Origin: Vicugna vicugna
Taxonomy: Eukaryota
Direction of reading: 5' to 3'
Length of the DNA: 64,000 nt
Assembly (NCBI GenBank): GCA_013265495.1
Contig: MU057651.1
Span: 1,747,674 to 1,811,673, forward strand
Position 1 is the stretch's first letter. Each line of letters opens with the position of its first letter. The notes beneath the pieces are model-generated. The model was not told the origin of the DNA. It was given only the letters and a program-made list of their open reading frames with translations, and did no database searches. Positions 25,401 to 37,476 of the stretch are shown one piece after another. The position numbers and the translations under genes were made by a program.

Positions 25401-26042
25401 AGACGGCGTTGGCTGGTGCTTGCTGGGGTGGGCAGAGCATCCTGTGTGGTGTCACGTACAGTCGCCACGATGGCGTCCTTTGCGCTGATACGTGGGTGGC
25501 CGCCACTGTCAGGACACCAGCGCACAAGGGCACGCAGAGCCACACAACACAGCTCCACAGACCAAACCGGCCCAACGGAGGGTTTGTTTTCTCTCTGTCT
25601 GGACTTGCTTTGCTCTAGAGGCGAATTCCTGAGTATTGACCTGATTGCCATCAAACAACCCCCTTTGCACTTTGGTATTTGGCCTGAGTCTGCTTCCCCG
25701 CAGCAATATATTCATTTTAGTTTAATTTTAAATACATCGCTGTGTTGTGGATAATACATCACTTACGCCGCAGGGATGCCTTCAAGGAGGAGATGGTGAA
25801 ACTTGGTAATGTGTTAGCACAGAGCCTGTCCCGTAGCATGTCCAGTGCGTGTGGTTATTTCTGAGAGCAGCGGCCGCAAAGTGCCAGCGCAGACGGGTGG
25901 AGGTTCACGACGGCGGTGTTGTTCGTGGGCCGGTGGACCGCCTACACCCGGGCACAGAGCACCTCCGGCGTGCCTTGGAGGTGGGCTGTGCGTAGACAGA
26001 GGTGGGGCCCCTGCGGGCTCACTTTTCAATTTGTTTTTGCAG

Positions 26043-26097
26043 GAATTACGGTCTATAGCCACCCGTACGGAGGGGCCTTGCTGAACGAGGACAGGAT
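26043..26097 (+). CDS. ABCA13: ABCA13 exon 7/17 (GITVYSHPYGGALLNEDRI)
   Basis: gtttttgcag|GA ... GAT|gtgagt; 55 nt, phase 1 to 2; 'YGIT..HP' motif. Confidence 0.94.
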
Positions 26098-26455
26098 GTG
26101 AGTGCAAGGCTGCGACGGGGAGGGCGGCCCCAACGTGGGCTGCTTCTGGGTGACCCTCTTCTGCGTTTGCCCGGAGTGGCGTTGGCTCATGTAGTTGGTG
26201 GAACAAGGCTTGGGCGTCTCTTTGCAAAGTGGGAGGACGCTGACTTAAAGGAGGACGGGCCCTGACTGTGTTCACACAGATAATCGTATCACGCAGTTGT
26301 GTTTCCAAGTAGAATTTGTTCAAGGGGGTGATTTGCCAAAGCTCGAGGGATCCAACAAGGTTTTCAGATTAGAAACTTTAAACACGGGGCTTACACAGGT
26401 AAACCTAGCGATGCCTCCCTGACAGTTTCTCATGTGAGCCCATCCTCCTGGTCCA

Positions 26456-26498
26456 GATGGGGATGCGGGTGGTGATAGGGACGCGGGTGGTGATGGGG
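26456..26498. repeat. 18-bp G-rich tandem repeat, about 2.4 copies
   Basis: gatggggatgcgggtggt / gatagggacgcgggtggt / gatgggg. Confidence 0.75.
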
Positions 26499-26954
26499 CC
26501 GGTGCCCTTTATGTTCAGAATGAAGTGACAGTTCTCACTGTCTTAGACAATGTAACTCTCCTCCTGTCCTTCCTTTTCCCCACCTCCCTTCCTCTGACCC
26601 ACGGTTGACAAACTTTTAGTTAAAAATTGATAATAAATAAAAGTATTACGTATGTACCTCCTACGACCATCCATGATGAGTCTGGGGACGCTGGTCTGGT
26701 TACTGGCTGACCTCCCTCACGTCCTGGGCGCGGCCAGGATCTCACCCTGCACTTGTCCTCGTGGTCATGGGTGGACATTCAGGGTTCTAGTCGGAGCCAG
26801 TCCCTGACCCCTGCCCAGAATTCTAGGTGTGGGCTCGCTGACATCGGTTAAAAGCAAGACCTGGTGGAAAAGAAGGCGTGGGTGGTTTGTGCTCAGCCAT
26901 TTCAACATCTTCCATCAGGAAGAAGTCAGCCTGTTCCTAAGAAAGAGGCAGTGA

Positions 26955-27239
26955 TTTTTTTTTTTTAAATTGAAGTGTAGTCAGTTACCGTGTGTCAGTT
27001 TGTGGTGCACAGTGCCACGTCCCAGTCATGCGGATACACACATATATTCGTTTTCATATGCTTTTTCATTATAGGTTATTGCAAGATATTGAATACAGTT
27101 CCCTGTGCTCTGCAGTAGGACCATGTTGTTTATCTACTTTATGTACAGTAGTGTGTGTCTGCAAATCTCAAACTCCCGATTTATCCCTTCCCATCTCCTT
27201 TCCCCTCTGGTAACCGTAAGTTTCTTCACTACGTCTGTG
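26955..27239 (-). mobile_element. L1 3'-UTR insertion with TSD
   Basis: Poly-T then L1 tail; flanked by GAGGCAGTGA (26945-26954) and GAGGCAGTCA (27240-27249). Confidence 0.88.
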
Positions 27240-27294
27240 GAGGCAGTCAGTGACCAGAGGCGTTAGTTGTGCTCCAATTAACAAATGACCCAGG

Positions 27295-27689
27295 TGACTG
27301 GGTAGAGAAGCTGTGGTCTGTTTATACAATGGAATACTACTCAGCCATAAAAAAGAATGAAATAATGCCGTGTGCAGCAACATGGATGGACTTGGAGATT
27401 GTCATTCTAAGTGAAGTGAGTCAGAAAGAGAAAGAAAAATATCATGGGATATCACTCATATGTGGAAAAAATGACACTAAGAAATCTGTAAAACAGAAAC
27501 AGAGTCACAGACATAGAAAACAAACTTATGGTTACCAAAGGGGAAAGGGTGGAGGGGTAACCTACAATGAAAAAGAATCTGAAAAGGAATCTATGTATGT
27601 TCATGTGTGACTGAATCACGATGCTGGGCACCAGAAACAGACACAGTGTTATAAATCAACTGTACATCAGTAAAAAAAAAAAAAAAAAA
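27295..27689 (+). mobile_element. L1 fragment (ORF2 C-terminus plus 3'UTR, internally deleted) with TSD
   Basis: Encodes LWSVYTMEYYSAIKKNEIMPCAATWMDLEIVILSEVSQ (ORF2 end); poly-A; TSD GACCCAGG at 27287-27294 and 27690-27697. Confidence 0.9.
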
Positions 27690-28775
27690 GACCCAGGAAG
27701 TATACAGTGTACATTTTTGCAAAAACAGCTGGGCCTATTATGGAATATTTTTGGTATTTCGAGGGACTAGATTCAGGGGTCGCTGACGCCAGCCCTCCCT
27801 CCTGTGGGAGCTGCTCTCTCGAGGGAGGTGGTCCCAACACGGGCGGGGCCACGGCTCACGGTGGAGGCCCCTCTGCAGATGACTTTCGTGGTAACTGGGA
27901 CACGGACTCTGGTCAAGACTAGACTCCAGACAGGCAGACTGGGACCTGTCCTCCCCCGTCCCTGCTCGGTACGTCTGCCAGAAGCTGGGACCCGTAGCCC
28001 CTGCCTCAGAGCATCACTGGGGAGATTAAATGCGAGATTCCACACTCTTAGCCAATACGGTGGCTGGTCCTGTGGACTTTTAATTTATTAATTTTTTTGA
28101 GAAAATACATTTACTTTCTACCATGTTGGCCGACCTCGCTAAGCCATTAGACAAAGAAGCGAGGAAGTCTGCATTTTTAACCTCACTTTTTTTACACTAA
28201 AATAAAATCCAGATGGAACACATACCAAAAGGCAGAGCATTAGGTGATGGAAGAACAAAGTCTGACTCCTGTAGTAACTTCGGCAAAGTGCAAGTTTTCT
28301 CAGCGCACTGCAAAGCCTTCAGTAAAATTACATGTATATATATAGTATAATTTATATACATATATCTAAAAATGGAAATTAATTCTGGGTCAAAAACATA
28401 TGTTGAGAAAGTGAAGGGAGAAACAAAAAAATTTCCAGCACGCCTGACCACAGCTGATTTTACTGATGGTATGAAACCTTCTTATAAGTCAGTAGAGAAA
28501 GAATGCTTGATTTTCTTTTTTTACTTTTTTTTAATTGAATGAAGGCGTCTTAGTGTTCTGCAGTGCTTTGCAATTTTCAGAAGTCTGATTTCCGATCACC
28601 CCGTAATAACCCGTTCTCCCCCACCTCCGCCTTGCCCCTCGGCGCTCCCCGCTCCCCGCTGGTGACCTTAGTTACTGGTGTTCCCTGCCGCCCTGTTCTG
28701 GCCTCGCAGGTGTCAGGGACGGGAGAGCCCCGAGCCCCCGCCTGACGTCTGACGGCCGCTCTGCTCCGCCCGCAG

Positions 28776-28953
28776 CCTGGAGAGCATCCGCCAGTGCGGC
28801 GTGGCCCTCTGCATCGTGCTGGGCTTCTCCATCCTCACCGCCTCCATCAGTGGCGCCGTGGTGCGGGACCGGGTGACCGGAGCCAAGAGGCTGCAGCACC
28901 TCAGCGGCCTGGGCCACGGGACATACTGGGTCACTAACTTCGCATGTGACATG
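28776..28953 (+). CDS. ABCA13: ABCA13 exon 8/17 ([59 protein letters not shown])
   Basis: ccgcccgcag|C ... ATG|gtagga; 178 nt, phase 2 to 0; ABCA 'R...AK.LQ..SG....YW..NF..DM' motif. Confidence 0.96.
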
Positions 28954-29601
28954 GTAGGACTGGGGTGACGGCATGACAGTCCCTGCACGTGCTTCCTCCG
29001 CACCTCCGATCTGCACGTGCATGCATGCTTGTGTGTGTGTGTGTGTGGCCATTTCAGGTGAAGTCACCTTCACCTGTCACCGCCGGTCATAAAGAATGGC
29101 CCCCGAAGAGGGAGGGCTGGCAGGGCACACGTGGAGACCTGGGAAGGCAGGGAGCTGTGCAGAAGTGCAAGTCTCTTACTGGGAAGGTGAGAAAGTCACC
29201 GTCAACGTGCTCTCTTCAAGGGGGTAGAAGATGGGATGATAAAAGTCATCAGCAATGGTCTTGGTCCTGAAACCACGTCCTGTGTGGCCGGAGCCCCGCT
29301 CCCCGGCACAGGCGGCAGCCTGAGCACAAGCTGCGTGGCCCCGGGTCCCCTGCGGGCTGCCTAAGCATGACTCATCCTGTGTCTTGCTAGAGGAGAGGGA
29401 GCTGGTGGGTGAGCCCCCCTGCCCCGGACCACGGCCATGGTTTGTCACCTGCTGGGGACACTGCGTGGTGAGGCCGGGCGGGGAGGCGGGGAGGGGCGGC
29501 AGAGGGCGGAGTTTGCCCTGGGCGCTAAGTGCGGGAAGAAGCCGAGCTTCCCGGGGCGACATCCGGGCTCCCATGCCTTCCCCAGAGATGAGGGTGGGTG
29601 C

Positions 29602-29920
29602 TGTATCGGTCAGCTCAGGCTGCTGTAACAAATGCACCTGTGGAGGGTCTTAGACAACAGAAATCTATCCTGCCCCTGTTGCAGAGGTTGAAGTCCGAGA
29701 TGCAGGGGTCCGCAGGATTGGTGACACTCTTGCGGCCTCTCTCCTGGGCGTGTGGATGGCCATCTGTCTCCCCATCCCCGCCCCGCGTCCTCACATGGTC
29801 GTCCCTCGGTGCTGTGTCCTCACCTCCTCTTGTAAGGACACCGGTCCTAGGGGATCACAGCCTGTCCTAAAGCCCCCCTTTGATACGAGTTTTGAAAGGG
29901 ACCCAGTTCAGCCCCCCACG
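29602..29920 (-). mobile_element. MaLR LTR (MLT1-like)
   Basis: tgtatcggtcagctcaggctgctgtaacaaatgcac...caacagaaatctat...gaagtccgagat...tcacatggtc...ctcttgtaaggacacc are MLT1 hallmarks. Confidence 0.8.
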
Positions 29921-30053
29921 GGGACCCTCCCAGCCTTGCTTCACCACCACCCAACTTGTGACGCGCCAGCCAGGGTGCGGGCTCGGGCTGGGAGGGGCTG
30001 GCGGCGCGCCTGGCGGGTGTGACGGTCCCCTCTGTCCCTTTGTGTTTCCGCAG

Positions 30054-30169
30054 CTCTTTTACTTGATTTCCGCCTGCCTGTGTGTGGCCGTCGTGGTCGC
30101 CTTCCAGTTAACAGCATTTACTTTCCGCCAGAACCTGGCGGCCACGGCCCTGCTGCTGGCGCTGTTCGG
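30054..30169 (+). CDS. ABCA13: ABCA13 exon 9/17 ([39 protein letters not shown])
   Basis: tttccgcag|CTC ... TCGG|gtacgt; 116 nt, phase 0 to 2; TM helices. Confidence 0.95.
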
Positions 30170-31434
30170 GTACGTGATGGGAGACTCTGAGGCGGAACTG
30201 TGGGCTGTTTTCGGGGAGAGGAGAGCCCCGCGGTGGCTTTGCACCTGCTGTGGCTCCATCACCTTCTCTCTGATCAGGGGCGCCCGGCAAACAAGCCGGA
30301 GCCGGGATGGGGAGCGGGGACGGGGGACGGGGTGGAGACGGCACCGCCGTGGGTCCCGCTACCCTCGCTCTGGTGTGAGTCCGGGGCTCAGGCGCCTCAT
30401 CCCGTGGGCTCTGAGACTCTGCCCCTGGAGATTCTCTCGTGAAGCTCGGGGCCTGTGGACTTGTTCCCACCTCTCCTCTGACATTAGTTAGAATCCTGTT
30501 CCGTTTTTGGGAAATTCATGCCGTGTGCAGGTGGGGCCAGTTTCAAAGGGAACAGAACCCCATAAATTGCAGAATAACTGAACAGGGTGCCAGTCTCCAA
30601 CACTGAATCACTAAAGTGGCATTCTGTTACGTTTGAATAAAAGAATGGGGGTTGTTTGAAGCTTCCATAGATTTCACTAAAAAAATTAATTATGCTCTTT
30701 AAGCCAATTTAACTTTTTTCTTTAAAAAAAAAAAAGGAGGACTGGGGCTGCCAAAATGTTTGTTTGAACCAAATGTTTGATAGATGACTGATGAACTTGT
30801 AGTACAAAGACACTCACCTCCGTCTTAAATGCTCCAAAATCGTTTTCATGCCTTAGTTACAGGGCAGACATCTGTTGACAAGAGTTTCTGAAACATTGTA
30901 TGATTTTATACATCATATTCCAGAGACATCGCATCTTCTGATACAAGAGGGTGTATCTTTCGACCCAGGGACAAGTGCCACAGATTTCGTATAGGAAAGG
31001 AACTGGACTAAAATAAAGAACGCGGTGCGGCATGGTGCCCACGCAGAGGGGACTTTCTGGTTTTACCCCCCCCACCCTTTTTTTTAACATCTTTTTACAC
31101 AGATCTCTCCACTCTTGGTAGCTTTTCATTCTCACTCCACAAACGGGTATTTCTCCTGCTTTATGGAGGGGAATCAGAGCAAAGGAGCGAGACCAGGTTT
31201 GCCCCTTGCAGGGGGACGGCGGGGAGGCGGGCTGACTCCACCCTGTCCCGGCTTGGCCCCGTTAGATTATGGCATCTTCAGGAGCCCCCCAAATGTGCTC
31301 TGTCTTCAGAAAATCCTGCAGGATTTATTGAGTAAAATGTGCTGCTTTCTGCTCACGGAGGGAGGCAAGATAACCAGATGAACAAAAGCTTTTTGTTTGG
31401 GGAAGAGGAAGGTGATTTCTCACTGTGTTTTCAG

Positions 31435-31591
31435 ATACGCGACGCTCCCGTGGATGTACCTGATCTCCAGAATCTTCTCCAGTTCCGACATTGCTTTCAT
31501 CTGCTACGTGTCCCTGAACTTCGTCTTTGGCCTCTGCACCTTGCTGATGACCGTCATGCCCCGGCTGCTGGCCATCACCTCCAAAGCCCAG
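31435..31591 (+). CDS. ABCA13: ABCA13 exon 10/17 ([52 protein letters not shown])
   Basis: gttttcag|A ... CAG|gtcggc; 157 nt, phase 2 to 0; 'P.MY..S..F' motif. Confidence 0.94.
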
Positions 31592-33574
31592 GTCGGCGAG
31601 TTTCAGCGCCGCCGCCTCCCCCAGGGCACGGGGGCGGGGTGGGGGGTAGAGCGCCGACCCACGCCCAGTCTGTACTTCCCAGTTGGGGTTAAATGGAACG
31701 TGCTGGTATCCACCGCCTTCAATCTCCAGAAAGAGAAGTTGGCTCCAAGTAGCAGAAACGCCTGTGTCGCTGTCAGGGCCTCCCCCAGGCTGGTGACCTC
31801 GGGCGGAGCACGAGCAAGTGATGCTGCTCCTCCGTGAGTGAGGCCAGACCCGGGGCGTGCTCACGGCCGCGTCCGTGGCTGCATCCCCGCTGTGCATGGG
31901 TCACTGATTGACGGTTGGAGGGCGGATGTGGGTGTGAAGTGTGTCCCGGCGGGGTGTCCGGGAGAGGGGTCAGACCATCCTCTCTTTGGGGTTGGATGCC
32001 CCAGGGTCACAGGTCCTTGGGATCAGGTGCTTCAGGGCGGGACTGGCCACTTTTGGGTGACTCTGCCCTTTCCCCTCTGAGCCCTGGGACATATCTGCAG
32101 TTGCTGCTTTCAAAATGTTGGAGCAAAGGGCTGCCCTGAGAATTGTCTCCTGGTGAGCTGGACGCCCTCCTCGGAGAACCCTCTCTCCAGCAGGCCACGG
32201 GCATCCCAGGCCAGTCTGGGGGTCATCCCAGCAGAATCCACTTCTGCTGGCACGTCCTTCTCGCCCCCCCAAGGCTCCTGCCGCCCTCTCCCCCGGGGGG
32301 CCTGCCTGGGCCGTGTCTGCTTCAGCTCACCTTCTCTCTTCCGTCTTCCGCAGCCTCCCCAGTGCTGCCTGCGGGGTGGACTCAGAGTGCGCCCTCTCCT
32401 CTGCCCCTATGTCAGTTCCTCTGCTACCTTCTGCTCGTGGCTCCGACCACACGGTCCTCTCCTGACTCCCTGCTGCCCGGACCCCCCTTCCTCACGTTCC
32501 TGAACCAAACTTGGGTCCGCTGGCCGACGAGCAGCGAGGCCAGTCTGCTGACCCCTGGTGGTGAGGGCGGGGAGTGCAGCGTGTACTGCAGGTGCCCCGC
32601 AAGGAGTCCAGGCAGCCAGGGCTCCAAACACCCGAACTGCCCGGAGGCTTTCGGGGAACTTGTCTCTCCAAGACAGGGCGAGGGAGGGAGCCGTGGGGGG
32701 CGTGATCAGCTCATGGACAGTCTTCTGATTGGCGGGTGATGAGGTCATCGGGAGTCACCGCCATCGACCTTCTGGCTCCGGCTGGTCTGGGGTCCGCGTG
32801 CCTGTGGGCAGCATTCACTTGACTTCTGCCACCTGGTGAGGGTTCAGTGTCTGCAAAACAGCTCAAAGGACGTGATTCGGAATATTATCTGCAGCCCTGG
32901 AGGAGAAGCTGAAAGGTCCTGGGCTGAACTATTATTATTTTGTCTTGCTTGACTGGTCCCCTTCCACTCTGCACTCTCCCACTTCTCTGGTTAAATGTGG
33001 AACTCGGGGGAGGCCGAGGAGGCTGATGCTTTTCTGCAGACAAAGGCAGGTGGGGACGTGGAGGGGGTCTGTTCCAGGAAGGCCCCGTGGGGGCCTCAGT
33101 GGTCCTGGTGGGTGATTGACTCACAGGCTGAGAAAATAGCATGGGGAACGCCCAGCCCTCCCAGTTCTGGAGGATGTACTGCTGGTCGTGTCTCAGAGGG
33201 GTCCGGGGCCGGGGCCTGCGTAAGTCGGGCGGGCTCGCTTCCTGATGCCCGGACTTGCCGAGACTTGGTAGGCTGTCCGCTGATGGCTCCTGTTAATTTT
33301 GTTTGCACAGAAGCAGTGAGTTATGTAAACTTGCGCTCTGCATTCCGTAAAAGAAACAATTTATTTTGGGGATTTTTATAGGTCTGCCACTGACGCTAAT
33401 CTAGATTAATGTGTCTAGACTTTAAATAGAAAACCAGCAGAACCATTAGTTGGTTTTAGCGTGAGGAGAACATTGAAGGAAGTTAGCAGAGGCAGAACAC
33501 AATTTTCCTTGTCCCCAGCAGGTCCCTAATGTCACAGATGGGGCAGAGCTGAAGCAGCTGGCCTCACCATTGAT

Positions 33575-33663
33575 GGTGACATGAATGAGAAATCAGTGCC
33601 TGGTGTAGTAACAAGCACAGAGATTTGGGGGATGTTTGTTACATGGCAAAGCTAACTCATACA
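33575..33663 (+). mobile_element. MaLR LTR 3' end fragment
   Basis: gagaaat...gagatttgggggatgtttgttacatggcaaagctaactcataca. Confidence 0.5.
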
Positions 33664-35952
33664 TCATTAAACTGAAATCAGCTGCTGTCTTAACAACAAA
33701 AAATTCATGGATGTCAGTCATGAACTAAGATGGGGAGGAAGCCAGACTCGAGGTAGATGAAACCTGTGGTGAGAAACTCGCAGCAGGATCTGCTCCAGGG
33801 GTCAGGATCCCAGATGGAAAAGGAGAAGGTGAGATCTTCCAGACCCAAAGATCCTCTAGCCAGGAATCTTTGCGTGGTGAGATTCTAACGCTTAGGCTGG
33901 TGGGAGGTGGTGTCCCCTTCCTTCGTAAACAGAGTTGCTCACTGGGAGGGAAAATCAGCAGGTTAATAGAGTGTTTGCAAAAAAAAAAAAATCAAACTCG
34001 ATTGTTAACAGATAATAAAAGGCATCTGATTGCTGTTCCTCAGGCCTTTCTTTGCCTTTGCTTCTTATTTTGGTGGTGTTTGCTTTAAAATCTCAACATT
34101 ATAAATGAGTGACTTCAAATATTCATTTGCAAGTTAATGGAGCAATCGATATATCTTCATGGCCTCCATAGGAGAAACCAAGAAAGGTGACTGGCATCTC
34201 AGAGCAGTGCCCAAAGCCAGTGCAACGGGTGTTGACCACTGTGTACACAAACTAGCATGTTAATCAGAGCATTTTAGTTTTTCCCAAGTCACAATTCATA
34301 AGCCGATGTTCATAGGAAATGCATTTTGGGGTCTGACTCAAGGGCTGGGGCTTCTGTCTCTCCCACTGGTGAGGTTTCCCTCTAAGAGGGGAGCGAAGCT
34401 CTCCGTTTCAGTGATTTATTCCTCTGGATATTGGAAGTCAGACGCCTGTGAGCTGCTGTGTGGTGAATTAGTGTAGCTGCCCCCCTCCACGTGTGGGTTT
34501 CCTGTCAACTCAGTGTCCGTGCATCGTGGACAGCTCTGTTCATGGTGGAGTCGCTACCCCTGCGGGATCGTCGCGTTCAGATCCGAAGTCCCCATGGTTA
34601 CGCTTCCTGAGTTAGGAGCTGCAAAAGGCTGCTGTTCCCATCTTACCACTTAAGACAAAATCCTTTCATGTGGGACATTGTTTTATCCAGGGGCTTCATT
34701 TTATGCAAACTTGGATCAACAAATCCATGCGAGGGCTGGTTGACATCTGTAAATAGTGTCAGTCACGACAAGGATTGAAGGAAAAGTAAATGAACCTCTC
34801 ATGTTTTTCCCTCGTCTCTATGCAGGAGGCGATCAACCGTCATAAACTATATCTGCCCCTAAAAGCCTTTGTTGAATGTCCTGTTGTCCCCAAGTCACGT
34901 CAGCTGAGACGACTAATTGTGAACAACTCTGAGTGTGTGTTGCAAGGGAAAACTGGACCTTTTTGGGTGTGAAATATATAATCGACACCTTTGTGATTTT
35001 GTTCTTTAATTTGCACGGAGCATGTACCGTGTTGTGTGTTATGAGGCACACACGGCGATGATTTTACTTCCCTGTAAACTACTGTTGTTCGAACCAATGA
35101 CTGAGTTTGAACACAGGGAGTGAGGGGACCTGAAACGTGAGTCTGATTCTTGATGATATTAGCGTGGCATCGTTTGTAAGTTGTGGTTCCCGTGGCTGTG
35201 GCTTTCTGGGCTGCACTCTCGAGCCCAAAGGTCAGTTCAACGGACCATGTTTTGGTGAGTTTTCTCCAAACCTTGCGTTCCGTGGTGGAAGGACCTTATT
35301 CTTTGGACCCAAAAGGTGGGTGTTGGGTCCTGGCCTTTCCCACTGTGTGGCTTGGACACATTGATCAGCCTCGTGGAACGATGTTGGCTAATTCATGACT
35401 GAATTTACTTCTCAGTACCTTGTACGCTTACTGAGAGAATGACATGCAGTGAAATTCGGTGAAGCTGGGCGCCTACAGTCCTTTACAGAAAGCTCCCAGT
35501 GCACAGTGATTAACACGGTAATAATTTGAATTTCATTACGAAACATCAGATTCACGAAGCATCAGATGGTAAAGACAATAATGAAATTTATGGCAGGTTT
35601 TTTTACATGTATTTATATATATTGTTATGATATATATGGTATACACGAATGTATAAATATATTTTTATGTATTTAATTTAAGTGTAATATAGTTTATTAT
35701 AGTTTAATTTAATTCAATATAAAATATATTTATATATTCGATTTAAAATTACTTTTTTCGAGTATCTCCATACTTTTTGGCTTCTCTGCAATTACACATT
35801 GTTCTCTCTCCATCTCCTTAGCCTTGTGATAGCATTTAATTTTAAAATGTTAATGACAGCAACGTATATTTAATATCCACTCCATGCGAAGTATGAACTC
35901 ACTATCTTTCATGTTCTGGAAATGCTCCCATGCTCACAGTCACAGCTGACAA

Positions 35953-36391
35953 TGACAAATTAATCAACTGACCTAAGAAAGAAATGGAAAATTTTAATTT
36001 CAGCCAAATTTGAGGATTGTAAGCCGGGGAGAGCACTTCAGACAGCTCTGAGAACTGCTCCCGTTAGAAATCAAGGCAGCTATACACGTGTTTTGGGACA
36101 GAGGCTGGGCATCAAATGACGTATGATTGACAGTTCTCAGAATCCGGATCTGAGCGTCATGCTGGTGGGTCACGTGACCCCTTACAAGGTCAAGAAGGAA
36201 CGCTAACTTTTAAGGAGCTGTCTTGAAGGCTCTTTATGGTTGACCAGTGTCCCTGCCAATGGGCGGGTTTGGGGGACGCAGAATGCGGACACACGGTGCA
36301 CAGTGCGGGGAGGGGAGGGCAGAGGGCAGAGAAGAAATTTTTGTGTTCCAATTTTTGTGGTCTTGCCGTAACATACAAATTTTATTTCACA
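35953..36391 (-). mobile_element. probable solo LTR
   Basis: TG...CA bounded (tgacaaattaatc ... ttttatttcaca); agccaaatttgaggatt...agctctgagaactgctcc resembles ERV1 LTR segments. Confidence 0.5.
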
Positions 36392-36491
36392 CAGTTTTCT
36401 CTCTTGTCTTGCCATAAAATATGACTTTTCTAGACTCATCATATCCACTCATCTAGACATTCATGTCCTCCCGTGAGGTTATCCACCCACG

Positions 36492-37115
36492 TTCTTAGTC
36501 AGTTTGCGCTGCTCTGACAGAATGTGACAGACTGAGAGCCCTCAACAAGACACATGTGTTTCTCATGGATCTGGAGGCTGGGAGGTACTGGGGCGCTGGC
36601 GGGTTCTGTCCGCGGTGAGGCCCCTCTTCCCGGCGTGTACCTTCTCGCTGCGTCCTCGTACCGCAGAGGGAGGGGGTGCTCTGTCGTCTCCCAAAGCCCC
36701 GCCTCTTAATACCATCACATCCCATTGAGGGTAAGGTCTTCAACACGTGCATTTGGGTCGGGGGCAAACAATGAGTCTATCAGGTTCCCCCTGGCCCCCC
36801 CAAATCATGTCCTTCGTGTGTGAAAAATACATTTATCTGTCCCAGGAGCCCCCAAAGTCTTAACCTGCCCTAGTCCAAAGTCCCTTCTAAACATCACCTA
36901 AATCAGAGACGAGAGAGACTCCAGGTGCCTCCATTCTGAGGCAGAGTTCCCGTCCCCTCGTGAACCTGTGAAGCCAGGTCAGTCCCCCACTTCCAGAATA
37001 CAGGCGTGGGCGAGACGTTTGCATTCCAAAAGGAAGACGTTGCAAGACAGAGAGCGGGGAGGGGTCCCGAGCGAGCCTGAAACCCGGCAGGGCCGGACGG
37101 TTGGAGCTCCAGGCT
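36492..37115 (-). mobile_element. MaLR LTR (MLT1A-like) with adjoining internal sequence
   Basis: LTR 36492-36782 (ttagtcagtttgcgctgct...tctggaggctgggag...ctcttaataccatcaca...ttcaacacgtgcatttggg), then MaLR-internal-like ccccaaatcatgtcctt...aaaatacatt...cccaaagtcttaac...attccaaaagg. Confidence 0.75.
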
Positions 37116-37222
37116 GGAGGATGCGCGTCGTGGCTTTGCTGGTGTCCTCGGGCGGCTGGGACGAGGAGGAATGGACGTCATGAAGCGTCCTTCATTCGCT
37201 TTCCCTTTCTTTCCCTGCGCAG

Positions 37223-37476
37223 AATTTGCAGAGCATCTATGACGTCCTCAGGTGGGTGTTCACAGTTTTCCCTCAGTTCTGCCTGGGCCAGGGCCTGATA
37301 GAACTCTGCTACAACCAGATCAAGCACGACCTGACCCACAGCTTCGGCGTGGACTCCTACGTGAGCCCCTTTGAGATGAACTTCCTGGGCTGGATCTTCG
37401 TGCAGCTGGCCTCGCAGGGCACGGTTCTGCTCCTCCTGAGGGTTCTGCTGCACGGGGACCTCCTGCAGCAGCCCAG
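37223..37476 (+). CDS. ABCA13: ABCA13 exon 11/17 ([28 protein letters not shown]...[38 protein letters not shown])
   Basis: ttccctgcgcag|AAT ... CCCAG|gtacgt; 254 nt, phase 0 to 2; 'FP.FCLG.GL' motif. Confidence 0.96.

Noticed and set aside
26955..27689. Single twin-primed (5'-inverted) L1
   Set aside because: Each half has its own poly-A and TSD, and both include the 3' end.
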